A DNA stretch of 64,000 bases from Neoconidiobolus thromboides FSU 785 (GCA_025603075.1 MU626268.1:144796-208795); one strand, 5' to 3'; positions 28,861 through 40,754 are shown, numbered from the stretch's first letter. Program-made: numbers and translations. The notes: generated by a model not told the origin, from the sequence alone.

Positions 28861-28959
28861 GAGGATGTTTTTTTTGGTTTCATTACTTTTTCTATCTTTT
28901 AAGCGCTATTTGAGTAGAAAAATTGTTAGTAAAATTCTTATATATAAAAATACCTTCCC
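28861..28959 (-). mobile_element. MITE copy
   Basis: atat-GAGGATGTTTT..aagcgctatttgagtagaaaaattgttagtaaaattctta.. Confidence 0.82.
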
Positions 28960-29584
28960 ACATATATATAATAAGTTTCATAACAGATTAAATGAACTAG
29001 TTGTTTTCTGTATATAATATTAGCAACTTTAATTTGCTTAAATTAAAACATTAAAACATTAAATTATACTTTTAAATAATATAACAACTTTATTATATTC
29101 AAATATCTATATTTGATTAAATTGTTCTAGATAAATTCAATAATTATTTTTATCTTGAATGATGAATTTTCACCTTCTTCAATTTCAATAATAGAATTTC
29201 TAATTTAATATTAACATTATTTATATAGCTAAAAATATTTATTAAATTTAAACAATTTATAATATTATCTATTATAGCTATACACTCTATTAGGTTTTGA
29301 TTTTCAGTAACAAATTATTTTTGATAATACTAATTTCATTGTACCTCTTTTTAACATAAATTTTATAACATAAATTATGTTATTTAAATTAACATTTACT
29401 TAAAATTACAAATAAAAATATAAAATTAAATTTAAGTAATTTTTCAGATAGTAATAAACAAAATGTTACTATTAATAAAATATTAAGAGTAAAACAATAG
29501 AACTGGATTATAGTTAATTTTAGAATTTAATATTAATTAAGAGCATTTCAAAGTTACATATTTAAATAAAATGTAATAAATATT

Positions 29585-29684
29585 GGGGATGTATTTTTTT
29601 GTATAAGAATTTTACTAACAATCTTTCCACTCAAATAGCGCTCAAAAATGAAAAAAAATAATGAAACCAAAAAAAACATCCCTC
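29585..29684 (+). mobile_element. MITE copy upstream of Swd1
   Basis: GGGGATGTATTT..aagaattttactaacaatctttccactcaaatagcgctc..ACATCCC. Confidence 0.85.
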
Positions 29685-30010
29685 TTATTATAAAATTAAG
29701 TTTACATCTATCAAAATTAAGCTGGTTTTTCAAAAATCTTATTAAACTGCTTATTTTAACTTTTGATATTTTGATGTGTTTTTATTTCCACTTTTATTTG
29801 TATTGCATCTATCTAAAATTTCTAATAAATATCCTTTCTCATGATTGGTTGATAAACCTACCAATCAGGTTCAAGCTAACCTTCACAATGAGTGATAAAC
29901 TTCTCATAATCTAATTTTTTTAATTCATATTATGACCAAACAAAATTAAAATCATTATCCCCTCCAACGATCAATAATATATATAATAATAATAATAGTA
30001 ACAATAACAA

Positions 30011-33000
30011 ATGAATTATTCCTTACTTGATCCATTTAATATTGGGTTTCCAGATCATATTAAATCCAAAATAGTGTTTACAAATGCAGTGAAATTGAAG
30101 TTTAATCGTCTAGGTACCTATCTTGCAGCTGGCAATAATAGTGGGGAAGTTGGTATATTTTCTACTGATATATTTACACTAATTAAAAAAATTCAAATCA
30201 AAGAATCATTTATAACTACGTTGAGGTAGGTTGTTCATTATTGTTAAAGGAATTTGTTTTTAATAAGTGAAATATTGTTTAGTTTTTCTCAAGATAATGA
30301 ATATTTAGCTATTGGTACTAAAGAAGGTTATATATCTATTTTTAATTTAATATTGGAAAAAGAAATTTGTTTTATTGAACTAAATTATCCCATTATTGAA
30401 TTGGAAATTATACCGGGAAAAAAGTAATTTTAATTTTTTTAAAAAGTTAAGTGGAACTAAATTAATACGTTTTTAATATTTAGAAGTTTAGTTTTTGTTT
30501 TGACTAGAGAATTAGATCCTTTGATTTTAGATATTAAGAGTGATGTTCCAATTCAAACTTATTTAAAAGCAGAGTCGGAGCAAATTTTAGATATTGATTC
30601 TCAAAGATGGTGTGAGTAAGTTATTTCTTTATTATAAAGATTCAAAATATAAATTAAAAAATATTCACAAATATTAGTAAACTTAATTTGAGCTCTATCT
30701 AATCTATTTTTATTAGTCAAATGTTTGATTTTACTTCCGGTTGTATTGATCGGTTAGGAAAATTTTTAATAGTTGGAACAAGTAAAGGTTTATTAGCAGT
30801 TTATCATTTTGAAAGTGAGCGTTATGTACATATTGAAAGGAATTCAAGGACAACCATAAAACAAGTATTATTTAATAAAAATTTAAGGTAAAATTTATTT
30901 CTATTATTAAATAATAATAATTTAATTTAATTTAATTTATATAGTGAAATTTTATTAAATTGTAAAAATCATATTAAAGTAGTTAAATTTAATATTGAAT
31001 TAATTGAAAATGAAAATATCAAAGTATCATTCAATTATACAACAAAATATCAAAATCATCTTGATGCAGGAGAATGGCAGTATTGTAATTTTGATAATAC
31101 AGGGGATTATATAGTAGGAGTCTCAGACAAAGATATAGATCGTAAAATACATATATGGGAAAGAAGTTCTGCTCAATTACATTCGTTATTAGTTGGACCA
31201 GGAAATAAAGTATATGATTTAGTTTGGCATCCGTTAGCACCCACATTAGCCTCTTTAGGTATCAACGGTAAAATTTGGTTTTGGGCACCCACTTATTCAC
31301 AAAAATGGTCTGGATTTTCACCCTTTTTTTCTGAATTAACACAAAATTTAGTATTTAGAGAACCTGAAAATGCATATGATTTACCTTATTCTCACAAAAG
31401 TCACCAAAGGCATGATTCTACTAAAAAATCGTCACCTAAATATAAAGGTAATAGATTAGATACTAATGAAGAAGATGATATTATTGTTGATGTTTGTACT
31501 ATTGATAATCCATTTTCATTGAGTTTAAATCATGATTTCAAAGGTAATTTAAATCAAATTAATTATGATGAAGCATTTGAATTACCTTTGATACCTATTA
31601 CCGAAAATATTACATCGCCGGAGTTAAAGGATGAAAATAAATTAAATTTAGAAAATGAAGAACAAACAGATTTAGAAAATGAGAAGCATTTTGAATCTAA
31701 TAACAATAATAACAATAAATTATCAACTCAATCACCAGCTTCTTTGTCAAATGAAAATGATATTATAAAGGAAAATATTATTAAAGATAATTTACTTGAT
31801 AATAGTGAATATATTAAAAAAGAAGATGTATTAAAAGATTCAAATGAAAGTGATAAAGTAACAGATGTCATGAAAGAAACAAAAACAAAAATAGAAACAG
31901 AAACAGAAGTAATAGTTTCTAATAATAACGAAAAGAATCAAGATGAAACAACGTATAAGAGATCGCTGTACAATCATTATGATAGCAATGAAAGAATAGA
32001 TTATAATAATCGACGTAGTCCGATAGAAGATTATAATTATAGAAGCTCCTATTATAAAGATAGATATGAAAGAGATTACTATGATAGTTATTATTCTAAT
32101 CGTCAATCATATGATTATCGAAAATATAATAGGGAACGATATAATTTACCTCCAAGAAATCGACATAGATCAAGTTATTATCAATCTAATAGATATTTTA
32201 ATGGAGATCATTATAGTCCACAAAGAGATAATGATAGATATGATTATAATGATTTAAGAGATAATAGAAATACATCTGATAAATACAATAATAATAGGGA
32301 TTACTATAATCAACAAGATAACTATAGTAGAAATGATAAATTTTATTACAATTCAAGATACGAAGATAGAAATTATTATAAAGATAATTTAGAAGATAAC
32401 TATGAATTTGATGAGAAAGAGAATAAAACTAAACAACAAAACTCACCTTATAACATCAATAATAGTAATAAACAATCTTATTATGATGATTATAATTATC
32501 GAAAAAGAAGTTCAATAAATGAAACCCATAATAATAATGAAGAAGATGTAAATAATATTGATTATTCAAAAAGTTCTTATGGTGCATTATCAAAAGAAAT
32601 ATACTCTAATTTCAAATATAAAACAAGGGATGATAGTTATTATAATAAGAAATATAAAGAATATAATGATGAAGAGGATAAAAAAGAGAAAGAAAAACAA
32701 AAAGAAAAAGAGAAAGCTAATTTGAATAAAGAAGAGAATATCAAAAGTGATGAGGGAGAATATTCAGAAGAAGGAATTATTGATGATAACAAAAAAGAAA
32801 ATCATCAAATTGATGAAGAAAATGAAAAGAATCAAGAACATATTAACAAAGATAAAAAGATAGATGAACTTGATAGTTTTAAGAAGGATCATCTTGTTAA
32901 TAAAATCGAAGCTTCAATCATAGTCAATGAAAATCAAGATAATAAAGATATCGTTGAATCAACTAACACCAACATCAATACTAATAAAATGGAAGAATCA

Positions 33001-33270
33001 AAAATTAATTTAGATATTAATGATACTACTACTACCACTACTACTACTATTCCAATTAATACCTCTATAATTAGTAAATTTTATTCGCCTAATAAAAAAC
33101 AAGTTAAAGGAAGTGGGTTATTTATACTAAAAAACAAACAAAATCCATTAAGTAATAGTAATAATTTATCTCATGGAATTGGGAGTAGTAATGTTGTTGT
33201 TCAACGTAGTAAAGCAGTCCAAGAAGCTTTTGAAGATGGGGAAATTGAAGAGGGAGAAATTGAAGAATAA
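30011..33270 (+). CDS. SWD1: COMPASS WD40 subunit Swd1/RBBP5-like with a ~600-aa low-complexity C-terminal extension
   Basis: MNYSLLDPF..KFNRLGTYLAAG; last exon from about 30944 reads uninterrupted through WHPLAPTLAS..WSGFSPFFSELTQNLVFREPENAYD..IVDVCTID into ORF 31519-33270. Confidence 0.85.
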
Positions 33271-33599
33271 GTTTGAATTAATAAATATTTAAGTTTTGAG
33301 AATTTTTGATTGAAATATAAGTTGCATCTCCACTTTTTTATTGTTGTTATTGCTATTGTTATTGAAAGTCGTTAAATTTTATGAGATGGAGGAGCTTTTT
33401 TATAAACATTAAGTGATTAGTAGTTAATAATTAATCAATTAATTAATTAATATTAGTTAACTGAAGAATTTAATATTTACAATAAAACAAATATTGTTTG
33501 ATTTTAATTACTTTTTCAGTTACTATCCTATTTGATATTTTAAATAAATTGAAATTATAAAGCTAACTCTAATAATATTCCAATTCTAATAACCTTTAA

Positions 33600-34713
33600 T
33601 TAGTGAAAGGGAGGTAACCCAAATAACTCAGGTTGAAACTCTTCCATTGAAGTTAAAATTTGAGTTGCACCGATATCACTACCTGCCATTTCTAAAAGTT
33701 TAGGATCTGGGATCCAAATGGTCTATAAATTTAACATTAATTTTTCAATAATAAAATAAAATAAAGTGGAAAAAGTTCTTACTTTCATTTGAGCATTAAC
33801 ACCCGCTTGAACTCCCGGTATAGCATCTTCAAAAACTAAACATTTTTTGGAATCTTTAGCTCCCAATTGTTGAGCCGCTTCTAAAAATATATCTGGGGCG
33901 GGTTTACCATGTAATACATTGGGATTATCACCACAAATAATTTGATCAAATAAACTAAAGAGTTCTTGATTATTTTGAGATTTGACTAAAAATGCTTTGT
34001 GATGGGAACTGGTGGCTACCTAATTGAAGAGAGGATTACTGACTATGGAGGGAGGGAGATACAAAATAATGAAACTTACTGCAATAGGTATTTTATGTTG
34101 TTTTAAATGTTTTATTAATCGCTAGAGTTTGAAGTTTGAGATGTTAATTTTATAATTGAACAGAATGAACAAATATAATGTTATTACCATAACACCAGGT
34201 AATGGTTTACAATGTGGAAATTTTTCATTCTATATTAATATTAATATTAATATTTGTTTAATATTTATTAGATAATAGTTATAAATAATAATTTACTTGT
34301 AATCGGTTTCTTTCAGTTAAATATTCCTCTGCTGTTATGGGTAAATTATGGGTGTCAATAAATAATTTAGTAGCCTAGAACGATGGGAATATTAGTTTTA
34401 TAATTCTAAAAACAGATGAAATACTATTTTATTTATTTTACATCTTTTTGATTTCTACCCATCATTTGAGCTTTCAATTCCCAAGTAAACTCTTTCCCAT
34501 AGCGACTAAGGATTTCATCTATGTACAAAAATATATTACTATTTTATAATCTAGTATTGGTAATTGATTTTACTTGATACTTCGGAATATACTCGTTCAG
34601 TATCCTATAGAATTTGAATTAATTGTTATTTAATCAGAAGATTTCAATTTTACAAGTAATAAACCATCCATATCAAAGATACAATATTGAATTGAGTTAT
34701 CCGATTCGGTCAT
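33600..34713 (-). CDS. PUDP: HAD-family hydrolase, pseudouridine-5'-phosphatase (HDHD1/PUDP-like), multi-exon
   Basis: CIFDMDGLLLDTE, VATSSH, GKPAPDIF, CLVFEDAIPGV, C-terminal FQPELFGLPPF. Absent from the ORF track because the exons are short. Confidence 0.88.
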
Positions 34714-35128
34714 CTTGAATTTTATGAAAGAAAAAAACAATCAATAATCAATTTACATTCTTATTAAATTGATAATTTATTCGCTTTAATTTAGAAATTA
34801 ATCTTAAATTTAATTTATTACAATAATATATCATGTTTTTAGTATGTATGTGGACTAAATAAGCTCTCATTTAAGAGCTTTAATTGATTCATTAAGCGCT
34901 ATCTAGACACAAGAATTCCATTATTGATTCGAAAAAACATTACTACATAAAACATGTTTGAACTAAAATAACGAAATAATTTCGGTTTTAGAAATTCGAA
35001 TTATTGAATTAATACTGTTTTTGGAATCGAGTATTTCTAATATAGAAAAATCGCTTTATAGTCCTCATGTTGAACTAAAGCTGCTATTCGATTCTATGTT
35101 AAAAATATATAAAATGAAGATTGTATAT

Positions 35129-35227
35129 GGGGATGTATTTTTGTGTTTAAGGATTTTACTAACAAATTTTCTGCTCCAAATAGTGCTTAGAAAATGGAAA
35201 AGTAATGAAACCAAAAAAACATCTCCC
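35129..35227 (+). mobile_element. MITE copy in the divergent HDHD1/RPP0 intergenic region
   Basis: atat-GGGGATGTATTTTTGTGTTTAAGGATTTTACTAAC..ACATCTCCC. Confidence 0.85.
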
Positions 35228-35728
35228 TATTATCTTGATTGTTCTATATTGAATTTTTTAAATGATTAGAAACTATTACTTTTTATTAAAATTAATTTGA
35301 GTTATTTCTTTATTGGTGTTTTTTATATATACAAGTTTGAATATATTTATTATCTTAATATAAACAATACAGAAATTATTCAAAATAATATATAGTTATT
35401 TAAATATTAGCATTAGTAGATAGTAATATATTAAATTTATAAAATTGAAATTAATTGAAATTAGACGCTGCGAAATTTGAACTAAATTTAAATTTTGAAC
35501 TCAAAAAAGAATAAAATTAAATCTGTAATAAGAGTAATAAGCTTCTTACAAAAATCAAGGTAAGGCTTGGGTCCTATTATATACCATGTCACATCCATTA
35601 AAGAATCAATATTGATTTCAACCAAGAAAATAAATTATGTTGGCAATAAATTAACTTTCTTTTTTATTAGCTTGTCTTTAAATTCGGGAGGACCCCTTGA
35701 ACACAAGTATTATAAATAATTAACCAAG

Positions 35729-36816
35729 ATGTCAAAGGGAGACAAAAAGAATGCCTATTTCGCTAAGCTTCGTCAGCTTTTTGATGAATACACTTCCGTA
35801 TTCGTTGTCAACGTTGATAATGTAACTTCTAACCAAATGCATCAAACTCGTGCTTCTTTACGTAAAGATGCCGTTATTCTTATGGGTAAAAACACTATGA
35901 TCCGTCGTGCCATGAAGAATTTCTTACCAGAACTTCCACAACTCGAAAAATTACTTCCATTCGTTAGAGGTAATATTGGTTTCGTATTCACTAACTCCGA
36001 CCTTAAATCTGTTCGTGATGTTATCCTTGCCAATAAGATTGCTGCTCCAGCTAAAGCTGGAACTATTGCTCCAGTTGATGTCTTTATCCCAGCTGGTAAC
36101 ACTGGTATGGAACCTGGTAAGACCTCTTTCTTCCAAGCTTTAGGTGTCCCAACCAAGATTACCAAGGGTACCATTGAAATTATCAATGAAGTCCACATTG
36201 TCAAGAAGGATACCAAAGTTGGTCCATCTGAAGCCATTCTTCTTAACATGATGAAGATCTCTCCATTCACTTACGGTCTTACCGTTATTCAAGTTTACTC
36301 TGATGGTAACAACTTCCCATCTTCCGTTCTTGATATTGATGATGAAACCCTTCTTAAGGCTTTCTTCTCTGGTGTATCTTCAGTTGCCGCTATTTCTCTT
36401 GCTATTGAATTCCCAACTGTTGCTTCAGTACCTCACTCTCTTGTCAATGTATACAAGAATGTTCTTGCTGTTTCCGTTGAAACTGAGTACACTTTCCCAG
36501 GTTCTGAAAAGGTAATTTATTTTTTTCTATTTTATTTGATATTTCAAATGATGAACTATAATTCTTTGAACTTTGTTTTGATATTTAAAAACACACACTC
36601 TAATTTTTTCCTGATCATATTGTTGTTTTTTAAATAATGTGAGAATTTGTTTATTTACTTTTTTATTTTTAGATCAAGGCTTACTTAGCTGATCCATCTG
36701 CTTTCGCTGCTGCCGCTCCAGCTGCTACTGAAACCGCTGCCGCTGCCGCTGCTCCAGCTGCCGTTGAAGAAGAAGAAGATTCAGATGAAGATGCTGACTT
36801 CGATCTTTTCGATTAA
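35729..36816 (+). CDS. RPP0: 60S acidic ribosomal protein P0 (uL10)
   Basis: [46 protein letters not shown]. Intron 36511-36672; last exon ends [18 protein letters not shown]. Probable 5'UTR intron at 35560-35670. Confidence 0.97.
36548..36614 (+). ncRNA. Intronic box C/D snoRNA with a guide to 18S rRNA
   Basis: C box ATGATGA (36548-54) and D box CTGA (36611-14). ACACTCTAATTTTTTC directly before D is the exact reverse complement of the conserved 18S segment GAAAAAATTAGAGTGT. The host intron is about three times the typical length. Confidence 0.85.
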
Positions 36817-37299
36817 GCACTTGATTAAAAATATTTAATCTTTTAATAGCATTTTCATTTATGAATTGTTAAACAATTTATTTTTCAAAACTTTTAATTT
36901 TCAGATCCTTTGTAATATTGCTATAAGTTCATTTACAATAAATATGGTAGATGATTGATTTATTAAGAACCTTCTATCATTTAAGATATACATTGAGTTA
37001 AAATGGCTTGATTACTCTAATATTTGGCATAAAAATTTAAAGTTTAATCTATGAGAGATTAATTTCTAATATATAAAAGCCATAGCTAAAACTATTGTTA
37101 ATGTAAAGCAATGAATGTCTTATCTATAAGTTGAATACTAATTCTACAATTATAATATCAAATTCTCTAATGTAATATAGCTATTTTTAGATTGAAATTT
37201 TAATTTAATTTACAACTATTTTTAAATTAAATATTTGTCAATTTAAAACTCCAACTGTGACTATTATCTTCTCTTAATAAATCTGCCACTTAGAAATTT

Positions 37300-37452
37300 C
37301 TTTTAAGCCAATCTTATACTTCCACTAGATTTTGAATTCAGCAAACCAATCAAGGAAGATTATCTATTGAGTGGAAATTAATGATTTGATACAAAAGTTT
37401 GGAAAGTAGTAGGAGAATTTTAACAGCAACCAATTGGGAGTATATAAAACTT
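37300..37452 (+). promoter_or_regulatory. Probable core promoter of the HAC1-like gene
   Basis: Three CCAAT boxes (agccaatc, aaccaatc, aaccaatt) and TATATAAAA at 37441, about 140 bp before the ATG. Motif-level evidence only. Confidence 0.35.
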
Positions 37453-37587
37453 AATATTCACATCAAAATTCAAATTAAAAAAAATCTTAAAAATTGCTTT
37501 TTTAGCAATTTAAATTTAAATTCTATTTAACAAACAGCAACACTTATTTTATCTCTATTACTTATTTAATCAGGTCAAGGAAACGCC

Positions 37588-38625
37588 ATGTTCACTTCAG
37601 ACTATTCACAACCTATCACAAGCAATTGGTCTTTAGAGGACATGGTAGCCCTAGGACAAAACTATGACACCGATAATTATGCACAATACAACAACAATTT
37701 ATTCATTAACCCCAGCCCACAATTACCCTTGTCAGATCACTCCAATCCTATTGTAACCTCAGCCCCTTATTCTTTTGACCCAGTTTCAACAGAACTTATG
37801 AATATGTCCCAACCAGACTATAACTCTAATCTTTCTGCTTTATTACCAAGCACCGCCTTTGACCATGGCACTCCTAATGCTATGACTGAGTCCATTGCTT
37901 TAGGTAGTGAATCTAGAGACTATTCTACTAGTCCTAGTGAGCTTCCAGAACCCATCAAATTGAAGCCAGGACGTAAACGTAAAGATGAAAAAGTTGATCG
38001 AGAAGCTTTAAAGCGTGATCGTATGATTCGTAACCGTTTAGCCGCCCAAAGATCTAGAGAGCGTAAACGTAAAGAAGTGATTTCAGTTGAAAAAGAGAAT
38101 TTACAGTTAAAGGATCGCAATAAGGAGTTAGAGACCAGAGTAAGTACGTTAGAAGCATCCAATCTTGCCTTAATGGAAAGGTTGGATGCCCTTTCGCGTC
38201 AGATGCAAGCTATGCAAGGCCAAATGCAAATGAACAATTTAGGCTCGGTACTTTTCAATCGTTTCGGCGAGACAGCAGCGCTCGTTGATAGGGGCTTTTT
38301 ACCCCGTTCCCAGCAGCGGAAGCGATTGAACCAGTATCTAGTACTTCATTATCAAATACTATTAGCCATGCAAACAATGCTTCGGACTTACTTCCTGGTT
38401 TGGTGGACAACCCGTTTATGGGTCATCTCTTCGATCTCCAATGGCCCTCCATTAACGGAGGATATTCTGTGCTTGATAACTAGTGAAGGCAATGAATTTA
38501 ATTTTCATACCGTTTCTAAATATCTAGCTAAGTTGGAACCTACTGAGATTGAAGTAGAATTTAAAGACTTTGACCTTGAAGCTAGGGCCAGCTTAAATTT
38601 TCCTCAAAAATGGCTCCCGCCATAA
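37588..38625 (+). CDS. HAC1: HAC1/XBP1-type bZIP transcription factor (unspliced 345 aa; spliced form about 285 aa, stop at 38481-38483)
   Basis: Basic region DRMIRNRLAAQRSRERKRKEVISVE plus leucine zipper, followed by two CAGCAGC IRE1-type stem-loops 38 nt apart. Confidence 0.88.
   Translation: MFTSDYSQPITSNWSLEDMVALGQNYDTDNYAQYNNNLFINPSPQLPLSDHSNPIVTSAPYSFDPVSTELMNMSQPDYNSNLSALLPSTAFDHGTPNAMTESIALGSESRDYSTSPSELPEPIKLKPGRKRKDEKVDREALKRDRMIRNRLAAQRSRERKRKEVISVEKENLQLKDRNKELETRVSTLEASNLALMERLDALSRQMQAMQGQMQMNNLGSVLFNRFGETAALVDRGFLPRSQQRKRLNQYLVLHYQILLAMQTMLRTYFLVWWTTRLWVISSISNGPPLTEDILCLITSEGNEFNFHTVSKYLAKLEPTEIEVEFKDFDLEARASLNFPQKWLPP
38254..38330 (+). other. IRE1 unconventional splicing structure; predicted intron 38276-38313
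   Basis: Basal stem TTCAATCGT/GCGATTGAA; loop 1 cgag-aCAG^CAGCg-ctcg; loop 2 ttcc-CAG^CAGC-ggaa. 38 nt = 3n+2. Confidence 0.85.
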
Positions 38626-38880
38626 CTTTGCTTAAATCTTCTCTTAAAAGTACTCAATTAATTGTAGTGCTCTATATTGTTGTATTAACTGTTATCTTTG
38701 TTAATCCTATGGCTACCATATTAAACTTAATAAAGAAATGCTTCTTAAATATAACATTTTTGATTTTATACTAGTAAAATTTATAAATAATATTGGTTAT
38801 TATTTATTATTAAAAGAATAGGGGCTTTATTAGATAAAATAAGTTAGTGTTAAAAAGAGTGAAATAAAATTTAAATAAGA

Positions 38881-39468
38881 TTAAGACCAACCACAATAAT
38901 CAGTTAACTTTTGAATGAGAGTTTGAGGATCAAACACATTATTATAGTACAAGGTAGGTAATCTACTTGTATCTGACCTGAACTCATCAAACATTTTTCG
39001 ATTACATGAAGTGCAAATACTTTTTCCAGCTCTTATACCAATATTATTAATATTAACTTCCAACTGCGTTGATATCCTTCTAAAATCATTAAGACACAAA
39101 GTTTTTCCATCATCTCCTAAACCACATACAACGCTTGCTGCTTTAGTATCTGCCCACTTTGAATACGCTTCATAATTGTGCGTTAAAATAGAAGCTCCTT
39201 GACCAATTCCAAGTTTGCAATGTTGATTAATATAGCTTGATGCATTAATTGTGGCTTCAAGACAAGTACTACTACAGACTGTGGTTAAACTGGTTAGGTA
39301 GAGAGTAGACTCGCCGTAACAATAGTCTAGGATCGGGTATTGTTTTTGAACTTCATCTTTGAGGTTAGAACGATCACACTGACTGTTTTCTATACCTCTT
39401 AAATCGCTACCAAATTGAGAGCTTTCAAGGAAGGTGATGAAGATGAATAACAAATAGATAAATAACAT
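38881..39468 (-). CDS. Small secreted Cys-rich protein of unknown function
   Basis: Hydrophobic signal peptide MLFIYLLFIFITFLES, 10 cysteines in 195 aa, intronless. Confidence 0.7.
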   Translation of the reverse strand: MLFIYLLFIFITFLESSQFGSDLRGIENSQCDRSNLKDEVQKQYPILDYCYGESTLYLTSLTTVCSSTCLEATINASSYINQHCKLGIGQGASILTHNYEAYSKWADTKAASVVCGLGDDGKTLCLNDFRRISTQLEVNINNIGIRAGKSICTSCNRKMFDEFRSDTSRLPTLYYNNVFDPQTLIQKLTDYCGWS

Positions 39469-39829
39469 GCTGATACTTGGTTTTAATGACTAAAGTATAA
39501 AGTATAAGAACTAAGTTTGAAATAATTTAGTTAAATAATTTTCATTTATACACTTACAATTTAAGGTTCAGTTTACTTATAATTGGTATAGTTTATTTTA
39601 ACGACTAAATATGGGTTAGTTCAAACTTAGTTGTTAAACGTTGGGTTTAATAAACTACTACCAATGATATTCAAACTAGACTTAATGAATGTCATAATTC
39701 AATCTCATTATTATAAAATTAATAAGAGTATAGTTTTCGAACCAAAAAAATAAAACTATAAAACTGGATGTTAAAATTATTAAATATTTTAATTATATTT
39801 AATAAATAAATAAGTTTGTAACCTTTACA

Positions 39830-40640
39830 AACTCTTCCTAAACGTCATTTCTACTAGGGAGGATTCTGATCAATAAAGAAGTAGCAACAAAGCTACTTTG
39901 ACTAAAAGCACCAGTTAGGATAGCCATATAAAGATTGATTTTTTTAAAGTCTTGGGACAACGTTAACAGTTCGAAAAATTCATCATACATAGCTGAAATA
40001 GAACAAAAATTAATTCTACAAAAATGTATTTCCCTTTATTTCTCAATTCGTCAATACTATTTTCAAATCATATCAAAACTATAAAAGTTTTAATACTTTA
40101 TACTTTAGAAACTGTTCTCAAGAGATCACTTATAACATATAAAAATGATATATCTTTAACACGTCTAACACCTTTGTAAAATCGTAATTATCCTTTTGGC
40201 CTAGATAAAGTAAATTTATATTTACATCTTTAATTAATTTCATATACTCTGTATTTACATCATTGAATATGTATCTATTATACAAAACAAATACTCTTAA
40301 ATTAATTTATATTGCCAAAACATTTGAGAACACCAAAATCAAAACTTCCACATATTTTAAACAATCTCGATTTAAAGTTTGAAATAAAATTATTTACCTT
40401 AAATAGAATAAATTTCTCTATATCTAATGATAATTTTTTAAACCAAGATTCTTAGTAATATTTAAAACAGTGGAATCAATACTCTCAGATGAAGTTAATT
40501 TAAGAATTTCTAAATTATTTAAATTTAAAAAAGGTAAAAGATTTTCAATAATCATATTTTTTATATTTAGCTCGAATGTTTAATTTTATTTAAATAGAAA
40601 TTATGTTTTAAAGATATGATATTTAGACATAACTCAAAAA
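39830..40640 (-). pseudogene. Possible decayed F-box/LRR(RNI)-like gene remnant
   Basis: Interrupted fragments MIIENLLPFLNLNNLEILKLTSSESIDSTVLNITKNLG and YDEFFELL..NLYMAILTGAFSQ, with many stops. Confidence 0.3.
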
Positions 40641-40754
40641 ATTTCAACTCATTAAGTTCAATTAATTCCAAAATATGACGTGTAGTCATACTTTTCATTC
40701 CCTATCTTATTTATTCTTTAATGTATTTAGTTTGATAAATCATATTTAGTAAAT

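Noticed and set aside
31840-32257. Hydrophobic or Ile-rich ORFs within the Swd1 tail
   Set aside because: Alternative-frame and antisense shadows of low-complexity coding DNA.
35560-35670. RPP0 leader intron as a possible snoRNA host
   Set aside because: Longer than typical, but no C/D boxes or convincing H/ACA two-hairpin pattern.
35842-36515. Overlapping ORFs in RPP0; likewise 37920-38162, 48068-48836, 61486-61733, 135-407, 25803-26006 and 27071-27262
   Set aside because: Shadow ORFs of strongly conserved genes with no recognisable motifs.
36511-36637. ORF-track C-terminus of P0 (VIYFFLFY..)
   Set aside because: Read-through into the intron; the true last exon is 36673-36816.
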